Shown: positions 1-10,385 of the stretch, in pieces
Position numbering within the stretch: the first letter of the stretch is position 1
Layout of the letters: the number at the start of each line of letters is the position of its first letter
Assembly (NCBI GenBank): GCA_000934665.2
Contig: JYFJ02001488.1
Location: 1-64,000, forward strand
DNA length: 64,000 nucleotides
Source: Catajapyx aquilonaris
Taxonomy: Eukaryota
Direction: 5' to 3'
The notes under the pieces: model-generated
Told to the model about the DNA's origin: nothing
The model's input: only the letters and a program-made list of their open reading frames with translations
Databases searched by the model: none
Position numbers and translations under genes: made by a program

Positions 1-81
1 CATTTCTAATGAAGTGTTGCATCTGATGCTATTTTTAAAAATTTATTATCCTGGAATGCAAAGTTAGAAATAAATAATTTT

Positions 82-151
82 AGTCTGGGGGTCATTTTCC
101 CCCCACCGCACTAGTTAAGTGAATTTTTCCACCGCACTAACTAAGAGTTAA
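82..151. mobile_element. Probable right end of a piggyBac-like non-autonomous element
   Basis: Subterminal direct repeat CCACCGCACTAGTTA / CCACCGCACTAACTA ending in ..GAG|TTAA (148-151). The left end would lie outside the window. Confidence 0.4.
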
Positions 152-473
152 TGACAGATAAGTGTTTTGTTGCCTCATTCCAAAAGTAATAATTTATGTC
201 CGCAAAAATGAAAAATGCCTGGAATTGTGGCTCATTTTTCTGGTTCATGGACCTGTATGCTGGTGCCATCACTGCATAATGGCTGTAAAGCCCACCACAC
301 CACCTTTCTTGCCATTATCTAAAATAAGCAGTTATTGGAAGTGTCTTCTTATGTAGGCAGTGCCTGTGTACAGAGTTGACAATAATAAACATATTTCTGT
401 CACTGGCAGTGAATAATTTTTTATGAATTTCAGTTATCAATTTCAAAGATGTAGCTTGCAAAATATGTCTGTA

Positions 474-2586
474 TCTATAATTATACATAAATGAGTAAGT
501 CTGTTTGTGGATTAGATCGATGGATATCCCGAGGAAAGCCCCTACACCGCGCACCGCCTTAAACTAGTATTCCGGGAGTTACTTTTTTAGAGTATAATTT
601 AATAGCGCATGTTTCAGCTTCCGAAAATGACCCTAACTCCTCATATTCCTCTTGCTGGAACCCTCAACGATAACCAACTTAACAATATTAACATAATATC
701 AACATCAACAATAAGAATAAATGAACAATTACTAATTTCCCCATTTCCCATTCTCATGGAGATGCCATTGCGAAACAATACCTAGCAAATTAAGGTAGTT
801 CTTGCGCTAAGTCCATTCATTGACAATTTCGTGAAAATCACACCATCCATTCCTGGGCATGTCGCACATACTCCTGGGAAGTTTCAAGAGGTTCGTCTAT
901 CTCGTTTTTGAGATATTAATTTTCAAAGTTGGGCTTCTGGCGGCCCCTTATGCATGGAGCCTTATGGGAGCCGGTCTGCGGGCCTCGAGAAAAGTGTCCC
1001 TAGCTCCATTAAAAACATTGAGATGTTAACCAAAAACCATATTCATGTGGGGGAAAGTCGGGAGATTAATTTAGTGGCGATTTTCATAGGGGTCACCATG
1101 GTCCTTCCCCCGCAAATCGTCATTTTGTGAGGAGCCGACTCTACAGTTGGCGTCGAAGTGGCAACGCTGTAAGCAACAATAGGCATGGCGGCCTTCGCTC
1201 GGGATTTGAAAATCCCGAGCCGCCGAGGTTTCAGAATGGCATGTAACTGACAAGGGAAGTGCAAGTGTTGTCCGTGGAGTTTTTGAATGAAACGCCGGTC
1301 CGGTACTGTATGATTGTGTATGATCAGGGGTATGATTGTGTATGTGAGATTGGTCTCTGGTCTCAAGTTATTGATCGACTAGACAGTTACCTAAGTTACC
1401 AGCAAAGGAGGCACGTTCGAACGGGGCGGCGGAGATGGGATATCGATGTATTGATATCGATATATCGATGGTTTACTTATAAAATATCGATGTCTGATAA
1501 GCTCAAATCACTGTAATTTTATTAAAATATCGATATAATATATCGATAGTTGGGATAACTATCGAGAACTCGATATATGGCTGGGGGAAATATCGATACA
1601 TCGAAACATCTATACTTTGTTTATAAGGGGTACCAACGTATGCAACGATGCCGGATTTATCGCACTTTTTCCGGTATTTGGAACAGCCATATTTCTGCTC
1701 TTCTCCGGGACAAAAGTGCGCGAGGGAATTATTATCCCCCAAATAAATGTTCACGTAACGTATCCGACGCAAAACACGTACTCAAAACTCTGTTTCAGAG
1801 AAATACTAGCAGAAATGTCTTACAATCGCAGAAGTTGGTATTGGCCAGCTCGCCCCATGTATAAACATAGGCTCAACACCCCTCCCCCTCCCCTCCGTTT
1901 CTAAGCGCAAGAACTACCTTAAATCAGGGGTTTTGCATTTGCCACATGATTTCCTGCCACCCAGCGCATCTGTATCTTGCGCCTCTCTTTTTTACCCGTC
2001 CCATCGCCGCAAATTCAACGCATCCTCCAAATACGTTAATAGGCCACCTCACGAGAGTTCGCATCGTATGGTCATTCCGGGATTTTGTGGGATTTGAGAG
2101 CAGACTTCCAGAAACAAACAAATTAAAAATAGGCTACAGTATGTATAGAAATTGCTCGGTGTTGAAAACAAGCTTTCTCACCAGGCGTCTGTGTATGTAT
2201 CTAATATTCTTCAGGGCAAACATATGGAAAGAGGTGGGGGTGTGAGGGGGGTTGGGGGATGGGGTCAAGGGGTCAAAAATTCTGGAAAAAACACACGGCT
2301 GTGCAGGCTTTTCCTGGGCCTGCTCTATCCGCATTCCTCTTTTTTACACATCCAATCAGCATATATATGCGTCGACTACGCTATAACCGAAGCAGGAAAT
2401 CTATCACAGATAGTTACAAACTTTGGCTTATTGTAACTTTATAAGGACTGTTTTATGGCATATCGAGTTACGAGTGTATATGGAACGCAAATTTTTACAA
2501 ACAAATCAACTTCCTAAAATATAATTATGTACCCCTACCTTTACCAGCACCCCACCATATCCGGGCAACCTAGGATAACCTGCTAG
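474..2586 (+). mobile_element. Non-autonomous Helitron-like element (long copy, probably carrying nested insertions)
   Basis: A|TC 5' end at 474 and CTAG|T 3' end at 2583-2586, preceded by a degenerate hairpin (CCGGGCAACCTAGGATAACCTGCTAG). Both ends match the inverted short copy at 58295-58620. No TSD, as expected for Helitrons. Confidence 0.6.
1432..1612. repeat. TATCGAT-rich element with imperfect inverted ends (probable hAT-derived MITE)
   Basis: Seven TATCGAT copies (1441, 1455, 1463, 1485, 1528, 1541, 1591); ends AGATG..TCGATGTATTGATAT and ATATCGATACATCGA..CATCT. Confidence 0.5.
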
Positions 2587-5500
2587 TAGAATTATTATAG
2601 CCCTGGTAGCATGATGGCAGTTTAATGATGTTTTGCTTGGATAAATAAAGTACCTGATGGTAATATGACCAAGCTAAGCTTCGGCGAATTTTCCTGAAGC
2701 CGTATTGGTAGTTTTGTAAAATCAAAGTACGGTCTCTTGTACGTTGGAACCTTGCTAGTGAAGGACAAAATAATCAGACGCATAGCTGAAAGGGAACAAT
2801 TGGATAAATATTTTCGCGCAAAGGTCTGCAATTTGGCCATATTAAAACCATGTGATGTTGATGGCCAACAAACTTTCGCTCGCCTAAAAAAATGTTCATA
2901 AATATTTAGCAAAGTAACTGGTTTTTTGTTGTAACTCCTTACATGAAGATTAAGTTAGGTAATAGAAACTAAGGAAAAATGTAATTCCATTAGTACTTAT
3001 CAAATAAATGCCACTGCATTGCCACTGCCATAAGAATTAAAGGAAGTAAGAAAAAGCTATGAATGGAAGACTAAAAAATCACTGCAACTTTTTTTCCCCC
3101 CTTATGTCCTTACATTCTCCTTCTGCGAACGCCTCTTCTTCGTAGGTTTCTCTTGTTTCTTTCTAATATGGCCAACATGGACATAATTGCAACCCAGACG
3201 ATTTTACATAGAATCCTAAATTAAGGTGTCATAGTTGGAGTAACTCAAATCACAATGAGTGTACTGGAATAAGCATTAAAATGTGCATATGAAACTATCG
3301 CACAATTGAAACTGCACGCCAATGGGACGTGAAAACAATGGCCAACTTACATACAGAAATTAAGAACGCACTTTGCTCGACACGATTCTTTTGGCAATAT
3401 GGCTGGCCGGCGCCAAACTGCGCGGCTCCAAGTAATGATATTCGGCATCACCCCTCTAGAGACCTGCCTGGACACCATGCAGGCACTATCTCCTGGATCC
3501 CGTTGTAACTAACCGAGATACAGTCCATTGGCCATATTACCTTCTATGGCCATATTATCATCAGGGACCTTATTATTTACAATCTAATCCAATCAAAGAA
3601 ATTAATCGATCGCGTTTGGACGGATCTATGCGCGTGTTCTTACTGCCCTACTTCTCTGCGGAAATTACTTTGATTTGTCATTTCCTTTCATTAAATTAAT
3701 AGATAGCCAGGATAATAAAGATACCTTGAGAATGGCATGCAGTAGCCAAATATTTTAATAGTGCAAAACGTACAGTACGGATATGATACATAACGAAAGT
3801 TATGTACAGTATTAAGTGAAATGATTTTCATTCGATTGACCTACTTCAACAATACGGAGTCTTTCAACAATAAAGTAACAGAGCTTACACTAATAATTCT
3901 GCTTACGTTGCTGATTTTTCAATAACAATGAAGTATTCGGCCACTGCAAGGAGTTGGAATTATACTGTACGTACCGCATAATATTTGTTTTTCACACCCG
4001 AGCTTACCGAGGAAAAAATAGCTGTCCCAATATAATGCTGAAAAGTAGGGTTGAATATCTTTGAGTTTCAGACTGACTTGTCTTACGTCAACATGGGCAA
4101 TGTTCTAGGAACTAGACCTGACGTTCTGACTTGCGATAGCGCCGCAGACCACATCAGTTACCTCATGCCTTTTGTTTTGGTCACTTGCAGCACATATATG
4201 CGCTAAATAAACGGGTAAAATGGCATTTTGTACTTGACTAAAGCGAAATATTACCAAATGGGATACGGACATATCCGATGCTGCTCCATAATAATATTCA
4301 GCATCATGAGTTACTTGGCCGTGTTGTAACAAAGCAAGTTTCTTTAAACTTGTGGTTACTAACTTACTAGGCAGAAAATCCGTGATTAACTGCAACGTTG
4401 TATCAACGCGAGTTTTCGAAAATCTGCAGTTAATATTATACTCGGGCAAAATTTTACCTCCCGATTTTGGCGGGCTAAGGAGGAAAACCTATGGTTTTCT
4501 TGTTCAAAGGCGGCCGTATTTCTACTTATCTAGTCGTTTTTGGGCGTATTTTCAGGTGAATATGCACGGAATACCCCATGGCCTGCACAAAGGAGCGGGG
4601 GTATACAGTCTCTGATCTCAAAATTCATGTCAATGAACAAAACAGACAGCACCAAATTGGCCCATTTAAAAAATGAAACAAGGATTCAGTGGAGTACAAT
4701 GTAGGCCTACCATGTATTTGCTGCTGCAGTAATTAAGATAGGCCTACTAATATTCTGCACAACAAGGCATTATTTCAACTGTAAGCTAGGTAATAATGCT
4801 TACAATAAATTGACAAAATTGTTTATGTATATATTTAAGACATGTAGCCAGTTGTCCATTGCAATTTATTAATTAACTTATACCTGAAAATATTTGATTT
4901 CCAGAACAGGTTTACTCAACATTACCACACAAAACCACAGCATTATTGTACTTGTTGGCAATGGGTTAAAATATCCCGATGGCCTATTCACAGCAGATAG
5001 TTCCACGTCCATTTACACAATTGCTATTTTTGTAGATTTCCTGCCAACGCCGAGAGCTGCATGGAGAACGTCACGGAAGTCATTGCCTATTGTGTGCTAA
5101 ATTTATAAACTAATATGTCACAATCACCTGAACAGTTTTCCAAGCGTATTCGGAGACTCCTACTAAAAAAAGAAACCGTTAATGCTCCCTTATTACAACG
5201 GCGGGTGTCAAAAGTGGAAAAAATCTTTTGTTTGTGAAACATTGTTTGGAATGCAAGATACGGCAAACCTATACAAGTCACATTTACCATTTTTAGTGCC
5301 AGTAACACTTGCACTAGTTGGAGGCAAGAAGTCAGCACGACCATTCATCATGCTAGACGCCGACAGCGACAGTTCTGTACACAACGAATTTTCAAATTTA
5401 GTGTACAGTAGTGGTGTATTGCAGGTGAACTGGATATGGTTTGGCATCCCTGGCGAACACATCAAGATATTGATGTGTTGCATGAATATCACACAATGAG

Positions 5501-6676
5501 TGAGTATAAATATGATGACAAAATTCTTATTACGGAGCCACTGCATGGCTGTTGTGTTACACTCTGGGTGTTTATAATATTATATTTATACAAACGCTAT
5601 CATAGAGTGCAATCTTTTCTGCCATACCAACCCCAACAATTTATTATTGAGCCAACAATGCTAAATCTAGTCTCAAATCTGCATGCCTTACTACCCTGAT
5701 AAATTTGAGATCATTAATTTCTAAACCAAACTTCTGTTAAGTCTGCAATGTGTCAGCCTGAAGATTACCATCATTGTCTGCTGAGGTGTTGCAATCGTAA
5801 TAATCCTGATTCTGCGCTGCGACAGACAATGTATCCTCACATCCACCCACATTGCTTCGTTTAATTATTTTCAACTGTAATATAAGAAAGGTAACTTCTC
5901 CAGCAAGCCCGGCTAGTATTGACGGAGGACTCCATACATATCATCAAAAACGTACTTCCCAGAGACCAAGGGGACAAACCGTGGGTGCCTCTCCTTCACG
6001 GTTTGTGCCCTCGGCTTCTGGTACAGTACAGTACAGTACGTCATGCTCCTCATTCAAGTGATTCTTCAAAGCACCATTCCAACACAGTCGCGCTTTTTCC
6101 AAGCTCTGGGGGAAATTGCAACTTAACCAAGGTTAGTAGAGCCGGAGATGGTCAGAATCGGTTTGGCAGCAATATTTCTTCTGATTAAATTTTTTGACGT
6201 CATTGTGATAGAAGAAATAGAGCGCCCAACAATGGCCCACTATTAATGTCCTATACACCTGCCTTCATTGTGCTGCAAGGGTGATTTTAGCCTCGAAATG
6301 TTTCGCAATTGTGAAATATTGAATGGCGTGTTTATTCAGAGGAAATGTATATCTGTCATCTCGGTATTCCAACAAAATTGAGAAAAGGATGCATAAAAGA
6401 AGAATGTAATCACATTGACGTGTTAATAATTATGACAATATATCTCCAGCCTTGCACTTCAAAATGAACAACCAACTATCTCACTTCATACAAATAGGAG
6501 GCAATTTCTAGAATAGTTGTAAAATTGTAGTCCAATTTAACTTTTAATTCCGCCCCCCGTAAGCTACTACATTATGTCTTGGTTTGAACTTATTCTAATT
6601 TTTTGGTGCTGCATGTCCAGGCAGATATTGCAGTTCATTCTCTGCTGGGGAAACTATATATTACAACATACTGATA

Positions 6677-6752
6677 CAGTGAACCCTGTGTATAGCGGAA
6701 TCGCACGGGACCCCAAAAATTTTCCGTTATGGATAGGTTTCCGCTATAACCG
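6677..6752. mobile_element. Left end of a Tc1/mariner(pogo)-like MITE
   Basis: TA|CAGTGAACCCTGTGTATAGCGGAA with internal TTCCGTTAT/TTCCGCTATA subterminal repeats; no matching right end identified. Confidence 0.4.
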
Positions 6753-7224
6753 TAAACTCTATCTTAGTTTCTGCCTTCTAGCGCCCGACTAAAAATATTA
6801 TTAAAATATCATAAGTAGATCAACCTTGGGGACAAATGGCTTAATGCATCACAGCCCTAGTTAAGAATGTGACGTGGGATCTATTTTTAAATTATCAGTG
6901 AAACCAAATCATTTCCATCATTGTCGTCAACGCAATAATAATCCTTTTATCACCGTAGTTTCCCCTTTGGGAAAGCAATTGACATAGTCTGATCTGTTAC
7001 AATATGCATTGTCAGCTAAGTGTGCTCTGGAGTACGTCATGGAAATATTGAATTACCTATTGTATAGTAAATGATCTATATAATATTATAAAAATTCTTT
7101 CCAGAGTCTTACACTCACTCTGCGTGTCCCACTGCACAGGAGAACTTTCTTCTCCTTGGAAGTATCCTTTTGCAGTCTAAATAGATAAAATAGTTTTTGT
7201 TGTTGAAATAGTTAAAGACCGAAT

Positions 7225-10200
7225 ATGCCAGCTCTGTTTGTCACGATTATCATTTGTGCCGCCATGCCAGTGTCACTTGTACTATCTGGATCCAGGGAAT
7301 GCCCAAGACCATTTACTGAGACATCAGCAGGCTTGTGTTACTACTTTTCGACTGGTTTTCGGACAAACTGGTTCTTGGCCGCAGAATACTGTAGACGGAT
7401 TGGATCTGTTTTGGCAACGCCACGGACAAGAGAAGAAATTGATGGGATGAATGATTACTACAAAACAAGTGAGTATAGCCAAATAGCTGCATGATAACCA
7501 TAATTTACAGAGAGCGATGGTTAGCCCAATGATACTGTGTAAGTGAGGGATAATTTGCATTTTCTTTTAACTGTGTTCAGACTGCTCTCATACTGTGCAA
7601 GAATGCTATTGTAAAAATTTATAATCATCGCAAGTGGCATTAGTAATGGCCAACATGTAGGCCGCGGTGTTAAGTGCACCACTACTGTGATTAATAATAT
7701 TACCGTATGGGTTGGGTTTCTTGTTTGAAATAGGTCAAGCTGGAAGAAGTTGGTTGGGAGGAACCGACCTGGGTGACGAAGGTAAATGGATTTGGGAGTC
7801 CACCCTGACTCCTGTTCGAGGTCGTTTTTGGGCCAAAGGTCAACCGGACAATCATGATGGAGTCCAGCATTGCATGATGGGCATGTTTGGAGACTACGAC
7901 GGTTGGATGGACGAGACATGCATGGAGAACGCGACTTTTGTCTGCCAAAAGGACTACCAGACATGCAGAACGAACCGTGGCTTGATAAAACCTGATGTTG
8001 AAGTAAAGACCGGCAGTACTGTCAGGTGGAGGAAGGTCAGATCTGCCCAGGAGCCTTTGCGGAACTTACCTGTGGAAGTTGAATTTAACCTCCGTGCAGA
8101 CATGCATACGCTCCGGGCAGATCATCACCAACTACGGGCCGATACGTATGACTTTATGGGCCAAAATGGTTCCAGCCAGATTGATGGAGATTCCTATCGC
8201 CAGAACATCAGTAACAACCGACAGAACACCAACTCATTCAGGGATTCAATTCTAAACCATACGAATAGTAGAAATATGAATGTAGCAATTGCCCAGCAGG
8301 TTGACACATCGGAATATCGCTATAACATAAGCAACTATCGAAGGGACATCCAATGTTTCCGGGATTTAATTAATGGAAATACGACGAACTGCTTTTTCCC
8401 ATCTGATTCCACGACGTCTTCCACTAGCTTCACTTCCTTACCTCCACCTCCTCCTCCTCCACCTATAACTACGAGCACTGCACCTCCCCACACCGTCAGT
8501 CCCCCTTCCACTTTTGGACCTGACGTCACTACTCGTCCTCCCTTCACTGACACTGCCTCTCCCTCCTCCTCTGGACCTATTACCAGCACTACCTCTCAAG
8601 GTGGATCTTCCTCCACTACCATGTCTAGTCCAGTTACTGCACCTCCAACCACAATAAATGCAGGCACTACTCGCATAAACTCGCCCACACCAGAACCAAC
8701 ATACACTATGCTTCCTTTCACCTCCGAAATTCCTCCCACTTCAAAACCTACTTCTAGTTCTGCACCTGACACATCTCAGTATCCACCCACTACCAGTTCT
8801 TCCTCCGCTAAACTTCCCACCACCACATACGTCGAGCCTTCCAAAAGCAGTGCAGGTACTTACTCTACCCCTATTCCCACAACTGAACTTACACCCAGTG
8901 CACACACTCTTCCTTTCACCCCAACTGTCCGTCCTTCCTCCAGTACTAATGAACTTCCATACACCACCGGTGTCATGACTAGTGAAGTCCCAATTTCTAC
9001 AACTTCTTCCGTCACTGATCCTGGTACCACAACCACTGTAAATCCTTTCCCAACTGTCACTGTACCTGACACCTCTATTGATCCTAATACTATTCAGCCC
9101 ACCAACCCCCCTGTCGGTCAATCTACCACTGCTAGTCCTCCCACCACTTCTGCCAGTGGCAATACCGACGGCACCACTGCCTCTGGACGTCCCATCACTA
9201 CCACGACTACTGGATCTTCTGTCACATCGCCCCGTCCACCTAAGCCACCTTCTGGATGCTGTCCTCCGCGATTTGTCCCATTGGTCTCTGGAACCTGCTA
9301 CCTCTTCAGCGGAGAGTTCAAGGCCACATTCAACGAGTCCATTGTGTATTGCCAGAATCTAGGAGGAATTCTGGCCGAACCACGTGACAGCATAGAAGTT
9401 TTCTCCATTACAGAATACGGGCTCAACAGTAAGCATGTCTTATCTGATCAATGCACAATTTGATATTTTCTCTAGTTCTCTCTGAAGGATAGAAACAGTG
9501 ATAATTTTATTTGATAACAACAATGTTATTTTACCTCATTGAATCGTAGTAGAGAGAATCTTAACATGGTTTTTTTCTTCGTTTTTAGCGCAGGTGACTG
9601 GATCCCACTTTGTTGGTGCCACTGCAGATTGGAAATGGAACAGTGATGGGAAGCCATTGGACATGGCCATATTGGGTCCCAGAGCGCTACAATTTAGCGA
9701 AAACGATACGTGCCTAACTATCGAAATCACCGCCGATGAGATGCTATGGGTTCCTGCCAACTGTCAATCCGTCCTGTCGTTCATCTGCTCCTTGGAAACA
9801 GCTCCAGTAGATCCTGAATCAGATATTATTCCAGATGTTACGACAGCACTTCCACCAACCGCGATATTACCACAGCACAACTGCCCCGAGCCCTTCATCT
9901 GGCTGGGGCCCAAGGAAACGTATTGCTACTTCTTCAGTACCGGCGGTACCATGGAAGCCAATTGGTTCAAAGCAAATGAATTTTGCTCGACTATTAATGG
10001 GAATCTTCTTACCATCGATGATGAAGAAGAATTTGGAGTAATCCAAAAGTATCTTCTAGGTAAGTGTTTTCCATAAACTGCATTATTTTTCATAATTCTT
10101 TGTGAATTAACTATTTGTAACTTTTGTCTCTCAGATATCCCGAATGCAGCCACGAACTATTACATAGGTGGCTACGACTTAGGTCACGAAGGTGTATGGT

Positions 10201-10385
10201 ATTGGGTTAGTACCAGGAAGGTAATAGCATTCACCAAATGGATTAAGAACCAGCCAGATAATGCTGGATACGACGGACACGAAGATTGCCTTGCTCTTGC
10301 GAAGCCTAACGAATTTTCGTGGAATGACGTACTGTGCACCAGAAACCTCGACTTCATCTGTGAAAGAATCAATGATGATCTTTAA
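7225..10385 (+). CDS. Secreted multi-domain C-type lectin / mucin-like protein (signal peptide - CTLD1 - heptad segment - S/T/P stalk - CTLD2 - CTLD3), ~886 aa; exons 7225-7468, 7734-9428, 9589-10059, 10135-10385
   Basis: All three introns are GT-AG and phase 1, and the exon lengths (244+1695+471+251=2661 nt) give an intact frame ending in TAA at 10383-10385. N-terminus is hydrophobic (MPALFVTIIICAAMPVSLVLSG). CTLD motifs: CYYFS..WFLAAEYC..WLGGTDLGDEGKWIW..QPDN..C..WMDETC..FVC; CYLFS..C..FVGA..WKW..C..C..FIC; CYFFS..NWFKANEFC..YIGGYDLGHEGVWYW..QPDN..EDC..WNDVLC..FICE. Confidence 0.9.

Noticed and set aside
8335..9121. Gly/Val-rich minus-strand ORFs
   Set aside because: Antisense shadows of the Ser/Thr/Pro codons of the mucin stalk.
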